A DNA stretch of 64,000 nt from Guillardia theta CCMP2712 (taxonomy: Eukaryota; Protista; Cryptophyta), in NCBI RefSeq assembly GCF_000315625.1, contig NW_005434579.1:199713-263712 (forward strand), given 5' to 3'. The position numbers and the translations under genes are program-made. The notes beneath the pieces are model-generated. The model was not told where the DNA came from. It made no database searches and worked only from the letters and a program-made list of their open reading frames with translations. Shown here one piece after another: positions 30,330 through 42,370 of the stretch; positions within the stretch are counted from its first letter, which is position 1; every line of letters begins with the position of its first letter.

Positions 30330-31322
30330 ATGCGGCAAGAGGAAATGCTGGGGTTTGCCGACGTTTCCAATGGCAGAAGCTACAATGAATCTCTCCTGGA
30401 TGGAGTCGGTGCTGGGACAGACCTGATGAGGACCAGCATCCAGCCTGCTTCATTCCTCTCGAACCAGGAAGTCGGGCCTGCTGTCTTGCAACTCCAAGTC
30501 CAACTCGAAGAGCAGCGGATAAATTTGCAGCGTTCGAACATGTTTGCCCAGCTGTACGACATAAAGAGAGCATTGTTACAGGTGGACTTGAACGAGATGC
30601 CTGATGACGAGTTCGAGGAAAAATACAATGAGATGCAAAAGCTCCTTGCACAACTCGAAGCTCTGTCGAGGGATCCAGCTTCTGTAAGGGAAGAAAAGAA
30701 TAAGATTATTCAGTCCTTCAAAAATCATTGTGACGATGTGGAATATCGTCGTCGACATGGGCTTCGTGTAACGCCGTCGAGCTCGAGGATTTCTTCTCGG
30801 TTTTCACCTTCGGGCTCAGTGTCAACAACCTTGACTCCCCCTCGCAACTCGCTCAGTGCAAGCAAGCAGTCCGAGAGAAGCTCGAGCATCCGACTGGACG
30901 ATGCTTTCCGCGCCGCAGCTTCAGATGCTTCAACAAACCAGCAGCAGTCAGCTTGCAAGAGCAAGACGGCAAGAGTTGGACCAGTTGCCGGAACCCAGTC
31001 GAGCCCTGCCAGGAGCGATGTGATGAGGCACGAGGATGGGAATGGCGATCAGACTCAGAGCACTGGCAGCTCAAGAGGACTGAGCGGCTCCGATGGTTTG
31101 CTATCAGATCAAGTCGGATCCTCGCAATGTCAGATACCCGACAGCTCGGTGGCGGCTAGCGTTGAGGAGGAGGTTGTAGCCGTCGGGTACGAGGAGGAGT
31201 ACTCCCCACCTAAGACGAGGGATTCGAACAAACGGGTACGCTGGCCCAAAGAGGCCATGATTTCTCGCAAGGATTCCAAGCTCGACAAATCCTTTCCTCC
31301 GAGGTTGACGATCAGAGAGTGA
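30330..31322 (+). CDS. Hypothetical protein (N-terminal coiled coil, Ser-rich tail); may splice on to ~31642
   Basis: 330-aa ORF from ATG 30330; a gtgagt donor lies at its end. Confidence 0.7.
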   Translation: MRQEEMLGFADVSNGRSYNESLLDGVGAGTDLMRTSIQPASFLSNQEVGPAVLQLQVQLEEQRINLQRSNMFAQLYDIKRALLQVDLNEMPDDEFEEKYNEMQKLLAQLEALSRDPASVREEKNKIIQSFKNHCDDVEYRRRHGLRVTPSSSRISSRFSPSGSVSTTLTPPRNSLSASKQSERSSSIRLDDAFRAAASDASTNQQQSACKSKTARVGPVAGTQSSPARSDVMRHEDGNGDQTQSTGSSRGLSGSDGLLSDQVGSSQCQIPDSSVAASVEEEVVAVGYEEEYSPPKTRDSNKRVRWPKEAMISRKDSKLDKSFPPRLTIRE

Positions 31323-31974
31323 GTGAGATTCCTCTTGTCTTGTTACTGAAGGTACATGTCAGGCAACTCACCAATGAGCGATTGATCGCATCGTTCGTAT
31401 TTTATCACCAGAACAAGCACCTGTCATTTCCAAAGAAGACTGAGAAAGAGCAAATTGATCAATTCCACTCGTGGTCCAGGTACATCCAGACAGAAAAACT
31501 GTCCAGTGTCAAACGCGTCAGTCCTCATGAGATGATGGGCAACATGCATTTCCACAACAAGATGGCAGCTTGCTACAAATACCCGGAGCTGTCGTCTCTC
31601 GTGGAAGTATCAAGGCCCGACGTCCCCCTGCAACTTAGTTGAGTGACTCGCCGACCGTCATCGTATGCGCGCTCGAGGCTCGAAGATTTGATCGTGACTG
31701 GAGCGACTTGGGACTGGCGAGCAGTTAACACATGGAAAACTCCATCATGAGATCTGCATCAAAAGCTTGTCAGTGTTGTGTGTTTTGTTTGTGACCAATC
31801 ATAATATCGTAAGTCATCATAATTGTAATTTCATTGAATACGGTGGCGGCGTTCCCGCCATCATAATTACAACCGTGACATGACGGTGCTCGTTCCAGTT
31901 GATTATCCGAGGGTGTCAATGGGTCGAGCGCCTTCCTGTAGGTTGACATCGCAAGTTCATGACTCATGTCACAC

Positions 31975-32550
31975 TGTGACAGTACGGCCCGGTGAGCTCG
32001 GAGCCGGCAGTGACTGGGCGAGCGGCCCGGCGGCGGGCCCGGGGAACTCAGTTCGGAAGCCTCAGGGCCTTCCGCCCTCAGCGCTCAGTCAAAGCGATCC
32101 GACATCAACCGTCAGCAAGAGCATGAAACTTGACTCGAAGACAGGACTGCAGAGCCTCGGAGAAAACCGTCACTGAACACTTATTGCCAAATGGGCGGTG
32201 CGGATGTTGACTCGCCCGGTGACCGTCCGACTCCCGGAGTCCGGCGGGACTCCGGCCGCCCGGCCCGGTGACCCGGTTCCCTGCCGCTCGGCGAACTAGT
32301 CCAGGCTGAGTGACTCGGCCGAAACTTCTTTACTCAAAGTTAAGTTAAAAATCAGTACGAGGACACTGAGTCACGGTGGTTGGAGGCCTACTGCGGCCCG
32401 CCACTGGTCGCACTGAGGCTAGAGCCGGGCTGAGCCTCGGAGTCCGGTCGACTCTCGCCGGGAGTCCTGTGGCACACTGGGGGGGGGCGTGACGGTCAGT
32501 GACCTTCAAGCGAGTCAAGTTGAGTCAGGGCCGGCGTCCGATGACCGCGG
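31975..32550. other. GC-rich island between convergent genes, with the conserved motif at 32329-32364
   Basis: TTTACTCAAAGTTAAGTTAAAAATCAGTACGAGGAC within GC-rich sequence. Confidence 0.75.
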
Positions 32551-32748
32551 TGATCATAAAGCCATGGTTTTCATACTATGACACCCACACTAGTTCAACG
32601 AATCAATGATTACTAGTTCGCGCTGTTCATTCATGACTTCAACCTCCGAAGCTCATAAAATGTATCACGGTGACAAGCAGCACAACGAAAGGCTGATGAT
32701 GTCTTGTTAGCGATGAAGCAAGTGTTTAGCTATCATATCAATCAACTA

Positions 32749-35700
32749 TCATACACGCTGCAAGGATTGAGTTGGTCGCCTTACAGCTCTACCTCGGATT
32801 CCAACGCCCTGCAGGCACCAGTCAGAGCCAACAACAACAAGAGCAGCCAGCAATATGAGCCATCTGACTCGCTCGTACCAGGGTATGAAGTATCGCCTCT
32901 CCTCGTCGTAGATGTAGCAGAAGGCGTCCCCTGGCCTCGAGCACTCGTCCGTGAAGCTGCAGATCCAGACCTCCATCTTGTTCGGGACCAGGTACCTGCC
33001 CAGCCCGCCGGTCCTGAAGGTTGTGTTCCTGACTGCTAGCGACTGGATGATCTCTCTCCACGACTGCCGCAGCTGGCAGGAGCTGTACTCCGCCTTGACG
33101 AACCAGTACCCCGCCAGCGACCCGCGCGTGATGTTGGCGCGCCACGACATGGCGAACCCTTGGTACACAACGCTGGAGTCTGACTGAAAGACGATCTCAA
33201 GGGCGGGGTAGGAGGAGGTGAAGGTCAGGGCCCCGGAAGGTTGAAGCCCCGTCAGCCTCGCTAGCTCGACCTTGCCGATGCACTCGAGCGACGAGCTGGC
33301 AACGAAGACGCACTGGTTGATGGTAACGAAGTCGTAACCGTCCTCGAGGTGGAAGGAGGTGAAGTTGATGGAGATGCTGCTGGCGTTGGCTGGCCGGATG
33401 ATCCACCGGCAGTCGCTCTCATCTTCATACACGCCTGACGGCGTTGACCCGTCCGTTAACAAGCCGTTGGCGACATCGAACAGCTGACACCGGCACTTGC
33501 CCGCGCATGGGGTGATTGCGGGACTGCAGATGCTGTCCTGGAACTCCCCGCATGGCGATGCGTGCTCGCCCTTGGGGCACACAGGGACGGAGCAGCGCTG
33601 GCAAGAGGAGCCGGAGATGAAGTGGTTGGGGGCGCACGTGAGGCGCTTGAGGAGGACTCGGGTAGTCGTGCAGCTCTCTCCTAGCGCTAGAGCATACAGC
33701 TCGGCATCTGTGCGGATTGACTTGACAAGGCCAGCATGACGAACAACTTGGCCTACTGAGGAAGGGACGTTGGAAGTAGCGTACACAGAGCTGTCGGAGA
33801 CGACAAGGTAGTCCAGGCCCCACGGGAAGCTTGTGATCACCTGGACGCTCTCCGAGTCGTTGGGGGCCACCTCCCACCCTGCTGGAACCTGAATCATTCC
33901 GCACCTCAACCTTTTGTTCGCATCCACTGCTGCAGTGCCCTGGTAGGCGTCCCAAGGGTCCATGTGGTCTTCTGTCAGGACAGCGAACTGGTTTCCTTGA
34001 GCTGACGTGACTGTAGACATCCAGCCGCACTGGTACTGCATGCTGCTGACGTCATCCAGGCACGGGGAGGTAAGGTTGCACAGAACAGATGCAGCAACGA
34101 GATCGTTTCTAGCAAGCAAACTGTCGGGTGCCTCGCACGAGTAACAGCGGCTTCTTGACTTGTAATACCCCGGCTGACAACGCCATGCGCACTCCTCTCT
34201 AGCCCGCTCATGCTCCAGGTAGTAGGCGAAGTTGGGCCTGACCCGACACGGCACACAGTTTTCTCCTTCACGGTAGTGACCGGTTGAGCAGCGCCATTGA
34301 CACTCGGTCTGATTTCCCTCCTGCAAGGAGACATAGACAGCGAGGTCTGGCTTCTTGAACCGCGGGCTGCAGGCAACGCAGCTATCGTAGGACTTGTAGA
34401 AGCCGGCGGCGCAAACCCAGGAACACCCAGCTGAGCTGGAGGAGGGGACAGCGTTGGCAGGAACAGCAGCAGAGCATGGGAGACAGGCCTTATCCCCGCT
34501 TCCTTGATAGCCCGAGTCACAGCTGACTTTAACTAGGAGGGTCCTCAGCGACGTGACGTTGTTCATGCATGCTGATGTGAGGGTGGCAAGCCTGCCCCCG
34601 AAGTCAACGAACCCATCCTGCCTGTAGAAGTAGAACCCTGCTCCGTCTGACCGCTTCGAGATGGACGCGTGTGAAAACTGAACCGTCAAACTGCTTTCAC
34701 CGTAGTTCTCGCTGAATCGTATCCTGATGGGGTAGTAGGTGTAGGCGTCAAGGTTGATGGAGCCGCTCCTCTCCTGGGATGAATGTATTCCCCCGTTGCT
34801 CACCACCAGGATCTCACTGCCGCCAACGGTGATCCAAAGATTGCTCTCGTCGTCACTAGTGGTATAGAACGTGAAGCTTCCCAAGTACTGTTGGGTGTAG
34901 AAGAAGCCTTGGTACTCCACCGCAAAGGTGTCGCCCGTCGTCCACAAGTCGTAGATGTTGATAGATATCCCAGTGCTAGCCACAACACCAGAGTAGACCG
35001 AATATCCGTTGGTCCAGTGCCTGTACTTCAATCCTGAAGAATTTTGAGCGACAGGATCCGAGGTGATCATAGCGGTGGGGTATGCGACGCCAGTACCAAG
35101 GATCATCCCCGTAGCCCCCCAAGGGTACGAGGCTGCTACTCTTATAGCATCCTGATCGGCTGGCGCTATGGTCCAACCTGCTGGGAAGACCTGATAGGTC
35201 CACCCGTCGCGCTCGCAAGAAACTTTCAAGTCCTCGGGGTCAATGTTGTCTAGCGTGCTGTAAAATTTGCCGTTGTATGCCACCACTCTAGGCCCTGCTT
35301 CCCCGCAGCCTTCGCCTCCTCCATCCCCCGAGCACAAGCGCCATGAGCAAGAGCCTGGCTGATCGACGAGGCCGTTGGAGATGAACGAGGCTTGAGGTGG
35401 GAGGCTGTTGGTACACGGCAAGCAGGTCAACAGGCTTGAGCTGCGGTAGTACCCGATGCCGCACTCCCAAGGGCACTGACTGCTGCCGAAGTCCTTGACG
35501 TCAGAGGCCAGGGAGTAGTGAGCATTGGGAGGGATGGGGTTGGAGCAGGAGATGCAGGAAGCTCCATCGAGGTAGAACCCTGCGGAGCAGAAGAGAGAGA
35601 CAAGTAGAATACCACTGCACGAGTCTCTCGCCCGGTACATCCCATCGTACTCGATCAGTGAACCGCTGCTCTGCATGTAGGGGTTGTTGCAGCAGTAGCA

Positions 35701-38700
35701 GTTCATCGAGTACCAGTACGACCCGTCGCCTACCTGCATGTAGCACGTGCCCCAGCGCTGAGAGGAGATCACTGTCTGACTGTCAACCGTGTTAGGAGCG
35801 ATGGTCCAGCCGTCAGGAAGAGCTCGGAGGTAGCTTGGGAAAGAGCAAGTTTGTAGGTCGTCAGGGCGAGAGCCTTCAAGTGAAGCATAGAAGCGTCTGC
35901 CGTATTCGAAAGGCTCGCAGAAACTTTGACCTTTGCCGTCAGACCTGAGCCTGACCTGAAGGAAGTAGCCGAAGTCGCACGCCCACTCGCAGCCCGACTT
36001 GCTCGTCGCTACCCAGTGAGACCTCGCCGGCTTGTCCCCGCACGGCTGGCAGCCTCTGCCCTCCTGGTAGTACCATCCTCCCGAGCACTCCCACCCGCAG
36101 ATCGCCGCCGACCCGTTGCTGCTCCCATGCCCGTACTCCACGTACTCCGCGTGCGCCGGCGCCGCCTTGCACGCCTCGCAGGTCTCGCCCTGCCGCCTGT
36201 AGCCTGGCACGCACTCCCAGGGACAGTCAGGGTCTGTGAAGCGGCTGGGGTCAAGCTGGACAGAGTACACGGCGTGAGGGGGGAGGGGGTTGGAGCATGT
36301 GGAGCACGTGGAGTTGTTGAGAAGGTAGTAGCCCGCGGCGCAGTACTCCGAGACAAGCATGATGGAGCCGCACGAGTCCGTCGAGCGATACATGCCGTCG
36401 TACGAGACGATCGATGAGCTGCAGCACTGGTACGGGTATGTGTTCCCCCCGCATGATGCCGTGTACCACCTCGTGCCATCCGCCAGCGTCATGGTGCAGG
36501 AGTCCCACTGGTAGAGCCATACCGCGAGCTGACTGTCTTGGACGTTGGGAGCGATCCTCCAGCCTGCCGGGACCGAGCGAAACTTGTTGTCATAGTTGCA
36601 AGAGTATCCATAGTAGTAGTAGGGGTACAGATTACTTGGTGGAGGAGGCAGTTCAGGAGGAGAGCCGTCGAGAGGAGCGTAGTAGCGGCCGTTGACCTCC
36701 ACCGCCTCGCATCGCGTCTGATCCTTGAGGAAGTAGCCGAAGTCGCACGCCCACTCGCAGCCCGACTTGCTCGTCGCTACCCAGTGAGACCTCGCCGGCT
36801 TGTCCCCGCACGGCTGGCAGCCTCTGCCCTCCTGGTAGTACCATCCTCCCGAGCACTCCCACCCGCAGATCGCCGCCGACCCGTTGCTGCTCCCATGCCC
36901 GTACTCCACGTACTCCGCGTGCGCCGGCGCCGCCTTGCACGCCTCGCAGGTCTCGCCCTGCCGCCTGTAGCCTGGCACGCACTCCCAGGGACAGTCAGGG
37001 TCTGTGAAGCGGCTGCGGTCAAGCTGGACAGAGTACACGGCGTGAGGGGGGATGGGGTTTGAGCAACGTACACAACTTGCGTTTTGAGCGTTCAGGTTTC
37101 GATCTGTAAGGTCCTGCATTCTCAGATCTGAGGAGATGTTCTCATAGCCTGACGAGTTCAGGGTCATATTGTCATCAGCCAAGAAGGTTGAAGTGAAAGA
37201 CTCTGAGAGGTAGTAGCCCGCGGCGCAGTACTCCGAGACAAGCATGATGGAGCCGCACGAGTCCGTCGAGCGATACATGCCGTCGTACGAGACGATCGAT
37301 GAGCTGCAGCACTGGTACGGGTATGTGTTCCCCCCGCATGATGCCGTGTACCACCTCGTGCCATCCGCCAGCGTCATGGTGCAGGAGTCCCACTGGTAGA
37401 GCCATACCGCAAGCTGACTGTCTTGGACGTTGGGAGCGATCCTCCAGCCTGCCGGGACCGAGCGAAACTTGTTGTTGTAACAGCCATTGATATACCACCA
37501 ATAGAACATCGGATCCAAATAAGGAATCAGGTTTTGTTTGTAAGGAGGAGAGCCGTCGAGAGGAGCGTAGTAGCGGCCGTTGACCTCCACCGCCTCGCAT
37601 CGCGTCTGATCCTTGAGGAAGTAGCCGAAGTCGCACGCCCACTCGCAGCCCGACTTGCTCGTCGCTACCCAGTGAGACCTCGCCGGCTTGTCCCCGCACG
37701 GCTGGCAGCCTCTGCCCTCCTGGTAGTACCATCCTCCCGAGCACTCCCACCCGCAGATCGCCGCCGACCCGTTGCTGCTCCCATGCCCGTACTCCACGTA
37801 CTCCGCGTGCGCCGGCGCCGCCTTGCACGCCTCGCAGGTCTCGCCCTGCCGCCTGTAGCCTGGCACGCACTCCCAGGGACAGTCAGGGTCTGTGAAGCGG
37901 CTGGGGTCAAGCTGGACAGAGTACACGGCGTGAGGGGGGAGGGGGTTGGAGCATGTGGAGCACGTGGAGTTGTTGAGAAGGTAGTAGCCCGCGGCGCAGT
38001 ACTCCGAGACAAGCATGATGGAGCCGCACGAGTCAATCGAGCGATACATGCCGTCGTACGAGACGATCGATGAGCTGCAGCACTGGTACGGGTATGTGTT
38101 CCCCCCGCATGATGCCGTGTACCACCTCGTGCCATCCGCCAGCGTCATGGTGCAGGAGTCCCACTGGTAGAGCCATACCGCAAGCTGACTGTCTTGGACG
38201 TTGGGAGCGATCCTCCAGCCTGCCGGGACCGAGCGGAACTTGTTGTCATAGCTGCAAGACCAGTACCAGTAGTAGTAGTAGGGATACTCGTTGAGAGATT
38301 GGTATGGATATAGAGGATTGTAAGGCGGGGAGCCGTCGAGAGGAGCGTAGTAGCGGCCGTTGACCTCCACCGCCTCGCATCGCGTCTGATCCTTGAGGAA
38401 GTAGCCGAAGTCGCACGCCCACTCGCAGCCCGACTTGCTCGTCGCTACCCAGTGAGACCTCGCCGGCTTGTCCCCGCACGGCTGGCAGCCTCTGCCCTCC
38501 TGGTAGTACCATCCTCCCGAGCACTCCCACAGACAGTCGTATCTCAGATCGTTTCTGCTTGTCATCATTGCGTACTGTCCGTGGACAGGTAGCTGGGAAG
38601 CAGCACAGGGAACGCAGCTCCCTCCCGCCTTCATGAAACCAGCTTCGCACCTGTAACCACAGGTCGAGAGGAGGTTGTCCTTGTCGTCATAGACTGCTGC

Positions 38701-40308
38701 GTACTTGGCGTTTGCTGGGAGGGTGTTTGAGCAGGGGACGCAGTTGGAGTTTTCCCTGAAATATCCAGCAGCACACTCAGTCGACACCAGGAGGATGGAC
38801 TCAGAACAGTCTGTAGTTCGCCACATGTTGTTGTATGTCTCCAGTGAGCCAGTACAACATTGTTCAGGACTTGACGAATAAGAACATTCCGCTGTATTCC
38901 ACCTCGTGTGATCCGAGAAAACCAGCCTGCATGATCCCCACGAGTAGAGCCAAGTCACTTGCTGGCTGTCTGTTGTATCAGGAGCGATGGTCCAGCCGTC
39001 AGGGATTGGGAGGAAAGGATTGTTCATACACATGATTCGATCTTCAGGCCCCCGACCGTTCAATGTTGTGTAGTATCGCCCACCATAGTTGATGCCGACG
39101 CATCTTCCGTCCTTTTCGAGAAAACCGAAGCGGCACTCCCACGAGCACGTCAGAGCTCCGCTCCCGTCCGTCAGGAAGTAGGCGAACTCGGGTAAGACCA
39201 CGTTGCAGGGTCTGCAGGAGCCCTCGCTCAAGGTGAACCCAGCTCGACACGACCATTCGCAGCTCACCCCATCCTTTTCCATGTACACCGAATGGTCGGG
39301 AGCGCCTGAGCAAGGGAGGCAAGAGGAAGAGTCGGAGTTGGGGTAGAAACCTCCATCGCACTGCCACCTGCAGTTGTTCTTGAAGGCGGGAGAGCCGCTG
39401 CTGGAGTAGTGAGAGTGCTCGGGCTTGTAACTGGTGCAGGCGACGCACTGTGACATGTTGGACGCTCGGTAATAACCGACGAGACACTCTTCTCGTACCA
39501 GCAAGACAGTTCCACAGCTGTCTTGCGACAGGTACATGTCGTGATATGTCAGCAGCTGAGACGAACAGCATTGACCTCCAAACGCCGTCCACCACCCGCT
39601 CCCGTCTGCAAGCACAACTTGATTCGAGCCCCAAGGGTATCGAGCTGCTACTGTCACGCTGTCCTGGTCGTTGGGAGCAATCATCCAACCGTCGGGAAGA
39701 CTTCGGAACGACTCTCTCCGACACACCGACGTGTCGTGAGGGCTCCTGCCTTCCAAGCTTGCGTAGCGCTGACCGTTCAAGGTGACAGACACGTCCTCGC
39801 AGTAGTTGTTGTTGATCATCCTGAACCCGAAGTCGCACGCCCACGCGCAGTCGGTCCCCTCCCAGTGAGCATGAACAGGCAAGAGTGAGGACGCGCAGGG
39901 TTTGCAGCTCCGTTCTTCCACATCCTCCTGATAACCTGCCGCACAACTCCAAGGACAGCTGTCTGGTTTCCCATGCACGCCAGCCCCGACATACTCGCTT
40001 GCGAGCGGCTTACCCGTGCACTGGGCGCACATGAAGCCCGCCAAGTAGTGACCAGTCTTGCAACTCCAGCCGCAGCTCTGGATGGCGTGAGGGTCAGGAG
40101 ACAGCAGGTACTCTGCTCCGGCTGGGATCGAGTTGGTGCAAGGGACGCACTCGGAGTTGTTGGAGGTCGTCGCTCCTACCGGGAGCTCCCGCATGTATCC
40201 TGCCCCACACACAGACGACATGAGGAGCAGCCGACCCTGGCAGTCAGTCGACCGATAGTACTTGCCGTCCATGATGTCCAGGTAGTAGCTGCCGTAGTAC
40301 GAGCCGGG

Positions 40309-40346
<38 letters not shown>

Positions 40347-42370
40347 CGTTCCATGTTAGGGCGCTGTGAGTGAAGTAGCTGGTGCCGTCCGCCAACACGA
40401 GCCGTAGGGCCCCCCAGTCGTACTTGGCAGTGACGTTGATGCTGTTCTCCGTGTCAGGAGCGAGGGCCCACCCATCAGGGATGGTGAGGTACTCGAGGTT
40501 GTCAGAAACGCAGTCAACAGACGAGCTTTGAGTGTTGGGGCCAACACCGGAGAGAGCGGCAAACACATGCCCTCCCTCCTGCACCACCTTCTGCCAACCG
40601 CAGCTGTCCGTGTCTTCCTCCACCCCAGCCGTCACGTAGACGGCGTTCTTGGGTGTTCTGGTGCAGGGCAGACACTGACCAGAGGACTTGTAGAAGCCGA
40701 CATCGCAAGTCCATCCGCACATGCCGTCGACGTAGGATGCGTTGCTGGGCTTTGCCTTGCACTGAACGCAAGCATCTTGATCCTTGTAATACCCAGGGGA
40801 GCATATCCATTCGCAGGCGCCAGCTCGGGTGGCAACGAGCGGCAGGTAACGAGCGTTGCGAGGGATCGAGTTGTTGCAAGGAATGCAAGGAGCGTCAAGC
40901 AGAAGGGAAGAAAGCATGTTGCCGGAGGAGATGAGGGCAGCGGAGTTGGCATGCAAGTTCAAAGACACGAGGGTCGATCCCCTCCCATCGCTCAGCAGGT
41001 ACATGGTTGAGAAGTAGACGTTCTGCATGCCCACTGCCACCCGCAGCGTGTTGTTGGCGAAAAACGTCACCTCAAAGATGAGATTTGGCTGACCCGGTTG
41101 CCCCGAAGTACTCGATGTACCCTCGAACCTTATCACGTATGCTTGCATGCCGTTTTCTATGATTGGTCCTCCAACAATCAGCTGGGCTGACGCATCGCCT
41201 CCCCCTACGAACAAGGTGGGAACAGGAGGGTTGCTTGTTGTAAGTCCGCTATAGACGGAGTACGGGGAGCCGAACGTGAGGTATGCGTTGGATGAGATGA
41301 ACACCCCTGATTGCACATCGTTGCCTTCCACGCAGAAAGCAAAGCCCAGGTCGGGGACATTCCAGCTGTTGTCGTCGACAGAAGACGGCGAGAGGATGTA
41401 AGTCAAGTTTGATCCGATCAAACTCTGGGAGAATCCTGACGTGTTCTGCAGAATCGAAGAATTTGCTGGGCCGTAGAAGGTCGGGCTGGCAGGAAGAGAC
41501 TCTGCTGAGCCCTGGATGCTGGACAGGCAAGAATCTCGACCCCACCCGTCCTGACAGCCAACATACACGATAAGGATCCTCATGTTGCAGCTCGCCGGCC
41601 AGTACAAGCCGCCTGTGCTCCTCAGCGCTGAGCTCCCATAGGCACCGCAATACCAGCAGTTGGTCGGATAGTAGCTGCCGCTGGCCACCACCATGAAGTC
41701 TGTTCCCCACTGATACGCCCCTATGACCTGACTTGAGGAGTAGTCGTCAGGCGCCAGGATCCATCCCTTGGGCAGTCGCATGGCAGCTGTCTGGCATTGG
41801 TTGCTGCTGTAGCTCTTGCTCATACCGTAGTAACTGCCGTCAAGTGATGCAAACTTCCTGTTGTTGTAGAGCACACTCGGAAGATGATCTCCCAGCCTCT
41901 CGATCTCGTCCTGTCCAGCCTGTGAGAAGCGTAAGTGACCGTGACCTCGCGTGGCACGACATCACCAAGAGCGCCCCGGAGTTGTCAAGCAGCGTGTACG
42001 ACTTGGAGTGGCTGGAGGCACGTTTACTTGTTCGCTCATCCACAGGCTTCGCTCTCATGGTATGTGGCTGCCGCTTTGACTTGCCGGGGCCCCGGGCACG
42101 TTCGTTTTGCCGCCTTCGAACCGACTCATGTCCTTGAGCTTGAGCAACGACCTCAGCAGAATGTCCCCGCGACCTGGACCGAAAGTTTTCCGAGAGCGGG
42201 TGAGAATGGTGGGAGCGTGGGAGGGATCGCTCCGCCTTATCCGCCTTGGCTTGTTTCTCCATCAGGCGAGAAGTGAAGGGCCTCGAGCCTTCACGATCGA
42301 TGTCCAACGAAGAGCGCACAGAGACGATCCCCAAGATGAGAAGCCCGATGATAAGAGTTGAACGATTCAT
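32749..42370 (-). CDS. Giant (~3190 aa) secreted/cell-surface modular protein: signal peptide, 10 copies of an unrecognised ~95-aa domain, Cys-rich CxWxC repeats, NIDO-like, PA14 and CUB domains
   Basis: Exon 1 (42370-41966) begins with signal peptide MNRSTLIIGLLILGIVSVRSS. A 46-nt phase-0 intron (41965-41920) joins it to the 3041-aa ORF. PA14 (FYTTSDDESNLWI...HSSQERSG...YPIRIRFSE) at ~34620-35040; CUB (YEDESDCRWII...FHLEDGYDFV...FQSDSSVVYQGF) at ~33135-33510. Confidence 0.92.
35960..38530 (-). repeat. Intragenic tandem array, ~3.3 near-identical units (periods ~770-885 bp)
   Basis: The same sequence recurs at 36414, 37299 and 38070 (spacings 885 and 771 bp). Confidence 0.97.

Noticed and set aside
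35960-38530. Repeat-spacer pattern as a CRISPR array or diversity-generating retroelement
   Set aside because: The repeats are ~700 bp and coding, differences are not adenine-specific, and no cas or reverse transcriptase gene is present in the window.
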